This document shows, in pieces, positions 40,546-53,721 of a stretch of 64,000 nt of DNA. A program made the position numbers and the translations under genes. Each line of letters starts with the position of its first letter. Position 1 is the first letter of the stretch. The notes below the pieces were generated by a model. It saw nothing but the letters and a program-made list of their open reading frames with translations, had not been told where the DNA came from and did no database searches. Location of the stretch: contig CAVYBH010000012.1 of assembly GCA_963766715.1 (NCBI GenBank), positions 288,001 through 352,000 of the forward strand, written 5' to 3'. The stretch comes from an uncultured delta proteobacterium. GTDB taxonomy: Bacteria; Myxococcota; Myxococcia; Myxococcales; Anaeromyxobacteraceae.

Positions 40546-42336
40546 ATGAAGAACATCGGCAAGTACGCGGCGTGGATCGCGGGGGGCCTGGCGCTCGTGG
40601 GAGCGCTCACGATGATCCGCGCGCCCGGACAGGTTCGCGGCCTCGACATCGACGGGTTCGCCCGGCTCCCGGTGCTGGAGGGCGGGCGGCTGAAGCCGCT
40701 CGACTCCACCGCGCGCAACGCCCTGCTGGTCGTCCGCGGGCAGCAGAGCTTCCGGTACCAGGACCGCACCGTGGGCCCGGACGAGTGGATCCTCGACGTG
40801 CTCTTCCGTCCCCAGGTGGCCGACCTCCAGCCCATCTTCGTGATCGACGACCCCGACGTGCTCGGGCTCATGAACATGAAGCTGCAGAAGGACCGCTACT
40901 ACTCCTTCCGGCAGATCGCCCCGTTCATCAACGACATCCAGCGGGAGGCCCAGGCGGCCCACGCCGTCGACGCCAAGCAGCGCACCCAGTACCAGAGCGC
41001 GGTCGCCAACCTCTTCGAGCGCGTCTACCTGTACCACCGGCTCAAGAACACCATCCAGATGGAGCAGACGCCCGGGCTCGCCGCCGAGATCCAGGCGCTG
41101 GGCGCCCCCGGCGCGGCGCAGCGCCAGGCCGCCATGGCCGACCTCGCCTACTTCCGGCCCCTGCCGCCGCTGCCGGGCCAGAAGGCGGAGGCCTGGCTGA
41201 GCGCCGGTGAGGCGCTGCAGGCCGCGTCGATGGGCAAGGTCAACCCGGCCCTGGAGCCGATGGCGCGGCTGGGCTGGGCCTACTCGGTCCAGGACGCCTC
41301 CGCCTTCAACAAGGCCGTGAAGGACCTCCAGGTCACCACCTTCGCCGTTCGCCCCGAGGCCCAGGTCCAGGTCGATCACGAGACCACCTTCAACCGCGCC
41401 CAGCCCTTCTACGTGGGCATGGTGATCTACGTGCTCGCGCTGCTGGCCGTCTTCGGATCCTGGGCGTGGAAGCCGCAAATCCTCCGCCCGGCCGCCTTCG
41501 GCCTGCTCTGCGCCGGCGCCATCGTCCAGACGGCGGGGCTCGTCTCGCGCATCGTCCTGCAGGGGCGCCCGCCGGTGACCAACCTCTACTCGTCGGCCGT
41601 CTTCGTCGGCTGGGGCGCGGTGCTGCTCGGCATCGTGCTGGAGCGCATGTACCGCAACGGCTTCGGCACCGCCGTGGCCGCGTCCTCCGGCTTCGCGTCG
41701 CTTCTCGTGGCCCACCACCTGACAGGCGACGGCGACACCATGGAGATGATGCGGGCCGTGCTCGACTCCAACTTCTGGCTCGCGACCCACGTCACCACCA
41801 TCACCATCGGATACAGCGGCACCTTCCTGGCCGGCGCCATCGCCATCGCCTGGACGCTGCGCAAGCAGTTCGCCCCGCGCATCAACCCGGAGACCTCGAA
41901 GTCCCTCTCCGGGATGGTCTACGGCATCGTCGCCTTCTCCCTCTTCTTCAGCTTCGTGGGCACGGTCCTCGGCGGGATCTGGGCCGACCAGTCCTGGGGA
42001 CGGTTCTGGGGCTGGGACCCGAAGGAGAACGGGGCGCTGCTCATCGTCCTCTGGAACGCCATCATCCTGCACGCTCGCTGGGGCGGGTTCGCCCGGGAGC
42101 GCGGCATCATGACCATGGCCATCTTCGGCAACGTCATCACGAGCCTCTCCTGGTTCGGGGTGAACATGCTGGGCGTGGGGCTCCACTCCTACGGCTTCAT
42201 GGACAAGGCGTTCTGGGCGCTCTCCGCCTTCATCGCCACCCAGTTCGTGCTCATGGGGCTCGCCATGCTCCCCCGCCGGTTCTGGAAGGGGAAGGCGGCC
42301 CGCGACGAGGGCGCGACCCAGCCCGCCAAGGCCTGA
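40546..42336 (+). CDS. ccsA: Cytochrome c biogenesis protein CcsA/ResC with periplasmic N-terminal extension
   Basis: WWD motif [33 protein letters not shown]. Confidence 0.93.
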   Translation: MKNIGKYAAWIAGGLALVGALTMIRAPGQVRGLDIDGFARLPVLEGGRLKPLDSTARNALLVVRGQQSFRYQDRTVGPDEWILDVLFRPQVADLQPIFVIDDPDVLGLMNMKLQKDRYYSFRQIAPFINDIQREAQAAHAVDAKQRTQYQSAVANLFERVYLYHRLKNTIQMEQTPGLAAEIQALGAPGAAQRQAAMADLAYFRPLPPLPGQKAEAWLSAGEALQAASMGKVNPALEPMARLGWAYSVQDASAFNKAVKDLQVTTFAVRPEAQVQVDHETTFNRAQPFYVGMVIYVLALLAVFGSWAWKPQILRPAAFGLLCAGAIVQTAGLVSRIVLQGRPPVTNLYSSAVFVGWGAVLLGIVLERMYRNGFGTAVAASSGFASLLVAHHLTGDGDTMEMMRAVLDSNFWLATHVTTITIGYSGTFLAGAIAIAWTLRKQFAPRINPETSKSLSGMVYGIVAFSLFFSFVGTVLGGIWADQSWGRFWGWDPKENGALLIVLWNAIILHARWGGFARERGIMTMAIFGNVITSLSWFGVNMLGVGLHSYGFMDKAFWALSAFIATQFVLMGLAMLPRRFWKGKAARDEGATQPAKA

Positions 42337-42437
42337 TACAACTGCCGCCCCCAGGGCGGCCCATCCAGCGACCCCGCCCGGCACGTGCCCGGCGGGGTCG
42401 TTCGTTCGAGCGGCCGCTCGACGGCAGGAAAAGGACC

Positions 42438-44060
42438 ATGAAGCACCAGATCGCCCGCCGGCGGACCTTCGCCATCATCTCGCACCCGGACGCCGGGAAG
42501 ACGACGCTCACCGAGAAGCTCCTGCTCTACGGCGGGGTCATCCAGCTGGCCGGCGCGGTGAAGGCCAAGCGGGGCCGCGCCAGCGCGGTCTCCGACTGGA
42601 TGGAGATGGAGCGGGAGCGCGGCATCTCCATCACCACCAGCGTCCTGCAGTTCCCCTACCGGGGGCTGCAGATGAACCTGCTCGACACCCCCGGCCACGC
42701 CGACTTCAGCGAGGACACCTACCGGACGCTGCACGCCGTGGACGGCGCGGTCATGCTCCTCGACAGCGCCAAGGGCGTCGAGGCCCAGACCCGCAAGCTC
42801 TTCCGGGTGTGCCGCCAGCGATCGATCCCCATCTTCACGTTCGTGAACAAGCTCGACCGCCCCGGCCGCGACGCCTTCGAGCTGATCGGCGAGGTGGAGA
42901 GCGTGCTCGGGATCGGGGTCTACCCCGTCACCTGGCCCATCTTCCGGAACGGGGTGTTTCGCGGCGTGTACCACCGCCTGCGAAAGCGCGTGTACCTGTT
43001 CGACGCCGACCGCGCCAACTCCAGCTCCACCACCGGGGCCGAGCGGCCGCCCGTGGAGGTGACCGGGATCGACGACGCGGCGCTCCGGGAGGAGCTCGAC
43101 GGGGTCGGCTACGACCGGCTCCGGCACGACGCGGAGCTGCTGGAGATGGCGGGGGACGAGTTCGACCGGGAGCGCTTCGAGGCGGGGCTGCTGTCGCCCA
43201 TGTTCTTCGGGAGCGCGGTGAACAACTTCGGCCTGGAGGCCTTCCTGGAGACCTTCTCGGAGCTGATGCCCCCGCCGCGGGCGCGCCCCTCCGACGCCGG
43301 CCCCATCGATCCGGCCCAGGAGGAGTTCAGCGGGTTCGTCTTCAAGATCCAGGCGAACATGGACAAGGCCCACCGGGACCGCGTGGCCTTCGTGCGCATC
43401 TGCTCGGGCAAGATGGTCCGCGGCATGAAGGTGACCCACGTCCGCACCGGCAAGGAGGTCCGGCTGGCGAGCCCCACCCAGTTCCTGGCTCGCGAGCGCA
43501 GCATCGTGGACGAGTCCTACGCCGGGGACGTGGTCGGCATCCACGACCCCGGGAACTTCGAGATCGGCGACACCCTCACGGGCGGCTCGCGCTTCGCCTT
43601 CGAGGCGATCCCCAGCTTCGCGCCGGAGCACTTCCGGAGGCTGGCGCTCGTCGACCCGATGCGGCGCAAGCAGTTCGCCACCGGCATCGAGCAGCTCGCC
43701 CAGGAGGGCACCGTCCAGCTCTACCGGCCCCCGGCGGGCCGGGCGGGAGACCTGGTGCTGGGCGCGCTCGGCCAGCTGCAGTTCGAGGTGGTGAAGTACC
43801 GCCTGGAATCGGAGTACGGGGTCGAGGTCCGCGTCGAGACGGTGCCCTGGGTGCTGGCCCGCTGGCCGGCCCGGGCCGACGGGACGCCCCTGGATCCCGA
43901 GCTGCTGCAGGACGCCGTGGAGGGCATGGTGGTCCTCGACGTGCGCGACCGGCCGGTGGTCCTCTTCGATCGCCCCTGGGCCCTGCAGACCGCGGAGCGG
44001 GTACACCCCGAGTACGTCTTCGCCGAGACCGCCACGGGCGTGGTGGTCCGCGCGGCCTAG
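42438..44060 (+). CDS. prfC: Peptide chain release factor 3
   Basis: [50 protein letters not shown]. Confidence 0.96.
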   Translation: MKHQIARRRTFAIISHPDAGKTTLTEKLLLYGGVIQLAGAVKAKRGRASAVSDWMEMERERGISITTSVLQFPYRGLQMNLLDTPGHADFSEDTYRTLHAVDGAVMLLDSAKGVEAQTRKLFRVCRQRSIPIFTFVNKLDRPGRDAFELIGEVESVLGIGVYPVTWPIFRNGVFRGVYHRLRKRVYLFDADRANSSSTTGAERPPVEVTGIDDAALREELDGVGYDRLRHDAELLEMAGDEFDRERFEAGLLSPMFFGSAVNNFGLEAFLETFSELMPPPRARPSDAGPIDPAQEEFSGFVFKIQANMDKAHRDRVAFVRICSGKMVRGMKVTHVRTGKEVRLASPTQFLARERSIVDESYAGDVVGIHDPGNFEIGDTLTGGSRFAFEAIPSFAPEHFRRLALVDPMRRKQFATGIEQLAQEGTVQLYRPPAGRAGDLVLGALGQLQFEVVKYRLESEYGVEVRVETVPWVLARWPARADGTPLDPELLQDAVEGMVVLDVRDRPVVLFDRPWALQTAERVHPEYVFAETATGVVVRAA

Positions 44061-45041
44061 GCCTCCGCGGTCGGGGGCGGGGGGAGCGCGATCGAGCGCC
44101 TCGTCCGCGTACGAGGTGGGGTCCTCGATGGCCTCGAGGTGGGTGAAGACGGAGACGTTCGGCACCACCTGCCGGATCTCGTGCTCGATCCGCTCGAGGA
44201 GCGCATGGCCGGCCGCCACGCTCCAGGCGCCCGGGACGAGCACGTGGACCGAGACGAAGCGGCGCGAGGCCGCCTGCCGGCTGCGCAGCGCGTGGAACTG
44301 GACCTCGGGGCCGCGGTGGGCGTCCAGGACCCGCTGCACGGCCGCCTGCTCGTCGGCGGGCAGGGCCGTGTCGAGGAGCCCGAGCGCGGAGCGGCGGACC
44401 AGCTGCGCGCCCGCCCAGGTGATGTTCACCGCCACGGCGATGGCCACGATGGGGTCGAGCCGCTCCCAGCCCGTCAGGGCCACGACGCCGATGCCCGCGA
44501 GCACCCCCGCCGAGGTCCAGACGTCGGTCATGAGGTGGTGGGCGTCCGCCTCCAGCGCGATGGAGTGGTGCTTGCGGCCGGCCCGGTACAGGACCCTCGC
44601 GACCCCGAAGTTGATGAGGGAAGCGCCCGTGGAGACGAGCAGGCCGATGCCGATCTTCTCGATGGGGGCAGGGTGGAGCAGCCGGTCGACGGCCGACCAG
44701 GCGATCGCCACGGCCGCGACGATGATGAGCCCCCCCTCCACCCCGCTCGCGAAGTACTCGGCCTTGTCGTGCCCGTAGGCGTGCTCGGCGTCCGGCGGCC
44801 GGGCCGAGACGGTGAGCATCCCGAGCGTGGTCACGGCGGCCACCAGGTTCACCACCGACTCGGCGGCGTCGGAGAGGAGCCCGACCGATCCGGTCAGGAG
44901 CCAGGCGGTGGTCTTGAGCCCGATGGTGGCGACCGCGGCGGCGATGGAGAGCCAGGCGAAGCGGGCGAGCGATCGCCTTCCGGGGGGGGACCCGACGGCA
45001 GGGGCAGGGGCACGCGCGGGGGCCTGCTCCGGGGCGGTCAT
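44057..45041 (-). CDS. Cation diffusion facilitator family transporter (stop displaced by probable error in G-run near 44080)
   Basis: [26 protein letters not shown]-terminal THLE. Confidence 0.9.
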
Positions 45042-46114
45042 CGGTGCGGGCGCTCCCGCGTGGGCAGGACCTCCTTCAGGACCTCCCGGGCGCCGCGAAG
45101 CATCTCCACCGTGGCATCCCAGCTCACGCAGGCATCGGTGACCGAGCAGCCGTAGCGGAGCTTCGAGAGGTCGGCGGGGATCGGCTGGCTGCCGCCCTCG
45201 ATGAAGCTCTCGACCATCATGCCCACCACCGAGCGGTTCCCTTCGCGGATCTGGTGGACGACGTCCCGCATGACGAGCGGCTGCAGCTCCGGCTTCTTCC
45301 AGGAGTTGGCGTGGGAGCAGTCGACGACCAGGTTCTTCGGGAGCCCGGCCTTGGCCAGGGCCTCCTCGGCCAGCGTGATGGAGACGGTGTCGAAGTTGGG
45401 ACGGCCGCCCCCGCCGCGGAGCACCAGGTGACCGTGCCGGTTGCCCCGGGTCCGCACGATCGCGGAGCGCCCCTGGCCGCTGATGCCCAGGAAGCTGTGA
45501 GGGCGTCCCGCCGAGACGATGGCGTTCACGGCGCCGTCGATGTCGCCGTCGGTCCCGTTCTTGAAGCCGACCGGCGTGGAGAGACCCGAGGACATCTCCC
45601 GGTGGGTCTGCGACTCGGAGGTGCGGGCGCCGATGGCGGTCCAGGCGATGAGGTCGCCGTAGTACTGGGGTGCGATGGGGTCGAGCGCCTCGGTTCCGGC
45701 CGGGACGCCCAGCTCGTTCACCTCGAGCAGGAACTGCCGCCCGCGCTCCATCCCCTCGTCGATCCGGAAGGAGTCGTCCATCCGGGGGTCGTTCACGAAC
45801 CCCTTCCAGCCCAGCGAGGTGCGCGGCTTCTCGAAGTAGACCCGCATGACGAGGAAGAGGGTGTCGGACAGCTCGGTGGCCAGGCCGCGAAGGCGGCGCG
45901 CGTAGTCGAGGCCGGCGACGGGGTCGTGGATCGAGCAGGGGCCCACCACCACGAAGAGGCGGCGGTCGCGCCCCTCGAGGATGGCCTCGATGGTGCGGCG
46001 GGCCTCGACGACGGTGGCGGCGGCGGCCTCCGAGAGGGGGTGGCGGCGCAGGACCTCCTCGGGCGACGGCATGAGGTCGAAGGCCGCGATGTTCAGGTTT
46101 TCTGTTCGCTGCAT
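45038..46114 (-). CDS. aroG: 3-deoxy-7-phosphoheptulonate (DAHP) synthase, class I-alpha
   Basis: [43 protein letters not shown]. Confidence 0.93.
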   Translation of the reverse strand: MQRTENLNIAAFDLMPSPEEVLRRHPLSEAAAATVVEARRTIEAILEGRDRRLFVVVGPCSIHDPVAGLDYARRLRGLATELSDTLFLVMRVYFEKPRTSLGWKGFVNDPRMDDSFRIDEGMERGRQFLLEVNELGVPAGTEALDPIAPQYYGDLIAWTAIGARTSESQTHREMSSGLSTPVGFKNGTDGDIDGAVNAIVSAGRPHSFLGISGQGRSAIVRTRGNRHGHLVLRGGGGRPNFDTVSITLAEEALAKAGLPKNLVVDCSHANSWKKPELQPLVMRDVVHQIREGNRSVVGMMVESFIEGGSQPIPADLSKLRYGCSVTDACVSWDATVEMLRGAREVLKEVLPTRERPHR

Positions 46115-46219
46115 GGCTCCCCATGGAATAGCCCATCGGCGAGCCGAGCGCATCCGGCGCGGGGCCGCCGGGTGCGACGGGGCCCTCCCCCGGGATTCAC
46201 CAATGGTCAATCACGGGGG

Positions 46220-46233
46220 TTGACCAGGATCAA
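46220..46233. promoter_or_regulatory. FNR/CRP-family binding site upstream of hydrogenase
   Basis: TTGAC-CAGG-ATCAA, a 9/10 match to TTGAT-N4-ATCAA, 134 nt before the small-subunit start. Confidence 0.65.
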
Positions 46234-46367
46234 GTTGGAGTATCCGCAAAGCGAACGTTTGCCAGATCCTGCGAGGGTTTGCCCCCCAACAGAGACCGGT
46301 CGCGGCGTGGACTGTCGCCGACCTCATCTGGCAGCATCCGCGGAACGCGATCGCGGGGAGGTCCGGC

Positions 46368-47496
46368 ATGGAATCGGAGACCAGGGAGCAGGGTCCCTCG
46401 ACGTGGGACGTCCTGCGGGAGCACGGGCTCGACCGCCGCACCTTCCTCAAGTTCTGCACGACCATGACCGCCACGATGGGGCTCGAGGCCACCTTCGTCC
46501 CGGACGTGGTCCACGCCCTCGAGGCCAAGCCCCGCATCCCGGTCCTCTGGATGGAGGGGCTCTCCTGCACCTGCTGCACCGAGTCCTTCACCCGGTCGTC
46601 GCACCCCCTCGTCGCGGACGTCATCCTCACGCTGCTCTCCCTCGACTACCAGCCGACCCTCCAGGCCGCGGCCGGGTTCCAGGCCGAGGAGATCGTCGAG
46701 CAAGCTCATCCGGGAGAAGCCCGGGCAGTACGTCCTCGCCGTGGAGGGGAACGCGCCGCTCGCCGACGGCGGCGTCTACTGCATGGAGGGCGGACGCACC
46801 TTCGCCGACCGGCTGAAGGAGGCGGCCGACAAGGCCCGCTTCGTCGTGGCCTGGGGGAACTGCGCCACCGCGGGCTGCGTGCAGGCGGCCGCGCCGAACC
46901 CCACCCAGGCCACGCCGGTCCACGAGATGGTGACGAACAAGCCGGTCATCAACGTGTCCGGATGTCCGCCCATTCCCATCGTGATGACGGGGATCCTCAC
47001 CTACATCCTCACCTTCGACCGGCTGCCCGAGCTCGACCGGCTCGGGCGCCCGAAGATGTTCTACCTGCAGCGGATCCACGACAAGTGCTACCGCCGGGCC
47101 TTCTTCGACGCCGGCCAGTACGTGCACGCCTGGGACGACGAGGGAGCCCGCCTCGGCCACTGCCTCTACAAGATGGGCTGCCGGGGCCCGACCACCTACA
47201 ACTACTGCTCGACCTTCAAGTGGAACGAGGGGACCTCCTGGCCCATCGGCGCCGGGCACGGATGCATCGGCTGCAGCGAGCCCGGCTTCTGGGACGACGG
47301 CCCGTTCTTCCAGCGGCTCGCCAACATCCCGCAGATCAACATCGACAGCTGGCCGGAGACCGTCGGGAAGGTCGTGGCAGGGGCCGCCGCCATCGGGGCG
47401 GGCGCGCACGCCGTCTCGGCCATCGCCAAGCACACGGTGAAGCCCGAGGAGAAGATCCCGGTGGAGCCGGACAGCGACACGAAGGGGCAGGGCTGA
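46368..47496 (+). CDS. hyaA: [NiFe]-hydrogenase small subunit, Tat-exported; frameshift near 46700
   Basis: RRTFLK Tat motif, [35 protein letters not shown]-terminal TM anchor. Confidence 0.92.
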
Positions 47497-47499
47497 GCC

Positions 47500-49227
47500 A
47501 TGACGAATCGAGTCGTCGTCGACCCGGTCACGCGCATCGAGGGACACCTCCGCATCGAGGCCATGCTGGACGACAAGAACGTCATCCGGGACGCCATGTC
47601 GACCGGCACCATGTGGCGCGGCATCGAGGTCATCCTGCAAGGGCGCGATCCGCGCGACGCCTGGGCGTTCTGCGAGCGCATCTGCGGCGTGTGCACGAGC
47701 ATCCACGCACTCGCCTCGGTGCGGTCCGTGGAGAACGCGCTCGGGATCCAGGTTCCCCCGGCCGCGTCGGCGATCCGGAACATCATGTACCTGGCGCAGC
47801 AGATCCACGACCACCTGGTCCACTTCTACCAGCTGCAGGCGCTCGACTGGGTGGACGTGGTCTCGGCCCTGAAGGCGGACCCCGTGGCCACCGCGGCGCT
47901 GGCCCAGAAGGTCTCGCCGGGCTGGTATCCGAACGACGCGGGCTACTTCCGGGACATCGCGGCGACGCTCGAGCGCTTCGTCAAGTCCGGCCAGCTGGGG
48001 ATCTTCGCGAACGCCTACTGGGGACACCCGGCCTACAAGCTCCCGCCCGAGGCCAACCTCATGGCGGTGGCGCACTACCTCGAGGCGCTCAAGATCCAGA
48101 AGGACATCGTCAAGGTCCACGCCGTCTTCGGCGGCAAGAACCCGCACCCGAACTACGTCGTGGGGGGCATGGCCTGCTCCATCGCCATGAACAGCGACAA
48201 CGCGATCGGGATGGACCAGCTGAACCTGGTCGGACAGGTCATCCGGGCGCACCGGAACGTGGTCGAGAAGATGTACTACCCGGACGTGCTGGCGGTCGCC
48301 TCCTTCTACCCGGAGTGGACGAAGCTGGGCGGCGGGCTCGGCAACTACATGTCCTACGGCGACCTGCCCGCGCAGGGGAACATCGCCGACGTGGCCAGCT
48401 TCCGCATGCCCCGCGGCGCCATCCTCGGGAAGGACCTCTCGAGGATCCTGCCGGTCGATCCGACCGACACCACGCAGGTGCTCGAGGCCGTGGATCACTC
48501 CTGGTACCAGTATCCGGCGGGCACGACCGCGCTCAACCCCTGGGAGGGCATCACCAAGCCGAACTACACCGGGCCGAAGCCGCCCTTCCAGTACCTCGAC
48601 GAGAAGAAGCCGTACTCCTTCATCAAGGGGCCCCGCTGGAAGGGCAACGCGATGGAGGTGGGGCCGCTGGCGCGCATGCTCATCGGCTACGCGGCCGGGC
48701 GTTCCGAGTACAAGGACGTCGTGGGGGAGGCGCTCGGGGCGCTGAAGCTCGGTCCCGAGGCGCTGTTCTCGACCATCGGCCGGACCGCGGCGCGCGTGCT
48801 GGAGACCCGGCTCTGCGCGGCCTGGCTGCAGGACGAGTTCGACGCCCTCGTCGGGCACATCAAGGCCGGCCAGACCTCGACGGCCAACACCTCGAAGTGG
48901 AACCCCTCCACCTGGCCCGCGGAGGCCAAGGGCTTCGGGCACGTGGAGGCGCCGCGAGGGGCGCTGGGGCACTGGGTGCGCATCAAGGACGGGAAGATCG
49001 CCAACTACCAGGCCGTGGTCCCCACCACCTGGAACGGGTCGCCGCGCGACGAGAAGGGGCAGCTCGGCGCGTTCGAGTCGTCGCTCCTCGGGACGCCCAT
49101 GGCGAACCCCAAGCTGCCGCTCGAGATCCTGCGCACCATCCACTCGTTCGACCCCTGCCTCGCCTGCGCCACCCACGTGCACGACGCCGAGGGCAACGAG
49201 GTGGGGAGCGCCATCGTGGTGCGATAG
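47500..49227 (+). CDS. hyaB: [NiFe]-hydrogenase large subunit (group 1)
   Basis: TRIEGH, L1 ERICGVCTSIH, L2 SFDPCLACATH plus cleavable C-terminal tail. Confidence 0.95.
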   Translation: MTNRVVVDPVTRIEGHLRIEAMLDDKNVIRDAMSTGTMWRGIEVILQGRDPRDAWAFCERICGVCTSIHALASVRSVENALGIQVPPAASAIRNIMYLAQQIHDHLVHFYQLQALDWVDVVSALKADPVATAALAQKVSPGWYPNDAGYFRDIAATLERFVKSGQLGIFANAYWGHPAYKLPPEANLMAVAHYLEALKIQKDIVKVHAVFGGKNPHPNYVVGGMACSIAMNSDNAIGMDQLNLVGQVIRAHRNVVEKMYYPDVLAVASFYPEWTKLGGGLGNYMSYGDLPAQGNIADVASFRMPRGAILGKDLSRILPVDPTDTTQVLEAVDHSWYQYPAGTTALNPWEGITKPNYTGPKPPFQYLDEKKPYSFIKGPRWKGNAMEVGPLARMLIGYAAGRSEYKDVVGEALGALKLGPEALFSTIGRTAARVLETRLCAAWLQDEFDALVGHIKAGQTSTANTSKWNPSTWPAEAKGFGHVEAPRGALGHWVRIKDGKIANYQAVVPTTWNGSPRDEKGQLGAFESSLLGTPMANPKLPLEILRTIHSFDPCLACATHVHDAEGNEVGSAIVVR

Positions 49228-49236
49228 GAGGACGAC

Positions 49237-49980
49237 ATGCCCGTGACCTCCCAGCCCCGGCCGTTCACGTCGGACGACTTCGCCCGGAACCCCGGCGACT
49301 ACTACCGGGCCGGGTACGTCTGGCAGCTCCCGGTGCGGGTCACCCACTGGGTGTCGGCCATCTGCATCACGACGCTCTTCCTCACCGGGCTCTACATCGC
49401 GAACCCGGTCTTCTCCCCGGAGGGGGAGGCCTGGCGGAACTTCCTCATGGGGTGGATGCGCAAGCTCCACTTCGCGGCGGGGTTCGTCTTCGCGGTGAGC
49501 TGGTGCGCCCGCGCCTACTGGTTCTTCTTCGGCAACAACTACGCCCGATCCGGCTTCCCCATGTTCTGGAGGGGCGCCTGGTGGCGCGACCTGTGGCGGC
49601 AGGCCTGGGAATACCTGAAACTGAAGCCCGGCCCCATCCACCTGGGGCACAACGCGCTGGCGGGGCTCTCCTACACGATCGGCGTCGTCTTCCTGGGTGG
49701 GTTCCAGATCGCGACCGGGTTCGCGCTCTTCTCCCAGGACGCGCCCAACGGGCCGATGAACCGGATCTTCGGCTTCCTGCTCCCGCTCCTGGGCGGCCCG
49801 TTCCGCGTGACCAGCTTCCACCTCGTGGTGGCCTGGTTCATCGCGACCTTCGTCATCCTGCACGTCTACATCGTGATCTACGACTCGACGCAGTATCGCA
49901 ACGGGCTCGTCTCTGCGATGATCACCGGCCGCAAGTTCTACCAGAAGAAGGACGTGGTGCAGGACACCTGGCTCGGCTGA
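49237..49980 (+). CDS. hyaC: Hydrogenase b-type cytochrome subunit
   Basis: VWQLPVRVTHW, LHF, GHNALA, FH..., LHVY, SAMITG. Confidence 0.92.
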   Translation: MPVTSQPRPFTSDDFARNPGDYYRAGYVWQLPVRVTHWVSAICITTLFLTGLYIANPVFSPEGEAWRNFLMGWMRKLHFAAGFVFAVSWCARAYWFFFGNNYARSGFPMFWRGAWWRDLWRQAWEYLKLKPGPIHLGHNALAGLSYTIGVVFLGGFQIATGFALFSQDAPNGPMNRIFGFLLPLLGGPFRVTSFHLVVAWFIATFVILHVYIVIYDSTQYRNGLVSAMITGRKFYQKKDVVQDTWLG

Positions 49981-50029
49981 CCGGAAGCTCCCCGGCTCGA
50001 GCCCGGGCCGGCGCCACGGACGGGACCCC

Positions 50030-51983
<1,954 letters not shown>

Positions 51984-52375
51984 CCGTCCGGGTCCTCGAC
52001 GAAGGCGATGACCGTGGTGCCGTGCTTCATGGGGCCGGCGGCTCGGACGACCTTGCCGCCCCGCCGCTCGATCTCGGCGCAGGCGGCGTACGCGTCGGGA
52101 ACCTCGAGGGCCACGTGGCCGAAGCCGCTCCCCAGGTCGTAGCGCTGCGGTGTCCCAGTTCCAGGTGAGCTCGATGGCGGCGGCCTCCGACTCGGGCGCG
52201 TAGCCCACGAAGGCCAGCGTGAAGCGTCCGTCCGGGTACTCGTGGCGCCGCAGCAGCCTCATGCCCAGCACCTCGGTGTAGAAGCGGATGGACCGGTCGA
52301 GGTCCCCCACGCGGATCATGGTGTGCAGGATGCGCATGCCGTGGGTCTATCCCGGGGGGCCGCCCTCCGCAGCGG

Positions 52376-53162
52376 TCAGCCGTACATCTTGCGGGTGCTG
52401 TTGCCCATGAACCGGATCGCGGCGGGCCGGGAGAGGAGCCGCTGCATGACGAAGTTCACGGCGCGGTTCAGCCGGCCAGCCACCACCACCGGCTGGCGTC
52501 CCAGGGCGGCGAGCGCCTCCTCCACGACCGGGGCCGCCTCCATCATCGGCACCTTCTTCCGGGGACGGGAGGCCTCGTAGCTCGGAGTGCGGGTCGGGCC
52601 GGCGCGGCAGGCGAGCACGTCCACGCCGGCGGACCGGAGCTCGTCCCAGAGCCCCTCGGCGAGGACGATTCTCGAAGGCCTTGGAGGCGGCGTAGGCGGC
52701 GACGATGGGGGTGCCCTGGCCGCCGGCCAGGGACGACATGAGCAGGATGCCGCCGCGGCCCCGGGAGACCATCTTCCGGGCGAAATGGTGCGCCATGGCG
52801 ACCGGCGCCCGGCAATTCACGTCGATCACCTTCATGAGGTCGTCGAGGGGCCGGTCGAGGAAGGGTCCCAGCGCGGAGAAGGCGGCGTTGTGGACGAGGA
52901 GCCCCACCTCGGCGTCGCCGGCCAGGGCATCGAGCACGGCGAGGAGGTCGGGACGAGCGACGTCGGCCGACGCGATGCGGACCTGGATCGCGTGGGCCGA
53001 GCGGAGCTCGGCGGCGAGGGACTCGAGGGGCCCCTCGCGCCGAGCCACCAGCAGGAGGTGAAATCCACGGGAGGCGAGGGCGCGGGCGAAGGACTCGCCG
53101 ATGCCCTCCGAGGCGCCGGTGATGAGCGCCCAGGGGCCGTATCGGGCCCGGAAGTCCTTCAT
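52376..53162 (-). CDS. Short-chain dehydrogenase/reductase; frameshift near 52670
   Basis: YGPWALITGASEGIG, YAASKAF. Confidence 0.9.
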
Positions 53163-53205
53163 CGCGCCTCCCACGGGTCCCGCCGGAACTTCAGGACGCC
53201 GCTGC

Positions 53206-53699
53206 CTACTTGAACGAGAAGTTGAAGATGGGGAAGACCGGCAGCATGCCGCCCTTCTGGATGATGTTGATGAGGCCGATCTGGACGCCTTCCATCGTGA
53301 CGGTGTTGTTCACGAAGCCGAGCTGGAGCCCCTTCACGTGCTTCGCCTGGTTGTAGAAGCCCCATCTGGAGCCCCTCGAAGCTGCCCTCGTTCAGGCGAG
53401 ACGAAGTTCCACTGCCAGCCGACGGCGTTGCCCTGGACGATGCTGACGAAGCCCCACTGGACGCCCTCGAGGCCGCCGGAGGTCACGTTGACGAGGCCGA
53501 GGTCGAAGCCGTTCACGAAGGTGTTCTTCCCGTAGATGAGGCTGAAGCGGAAGCCGCTGATGCCCTGGTTCTCGGGAACGATTTGGACCGGGGTGACGAG
53601 ACCGAGGGAGATGGGCTTTCCGCCCGACTCGGCGCGGGAGGTGGCGGGGGACGCCAGCAGGACGGCGAGGAGGGGAATGGCAAATGCGAGTCGGCGCAT
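53206..53699 (-). CDS. Secreted beta-helix repeat protein (LA_2272-like); frameshift near 53390
   Basis: Signal peptide; repeats [32 protein letters not shown]; terminal FPIFNFSFK. Confidence 0.75.
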
Positions 53700-53721
53700 G
53701 ATCTTCTCCTGTGGGTGAGAG

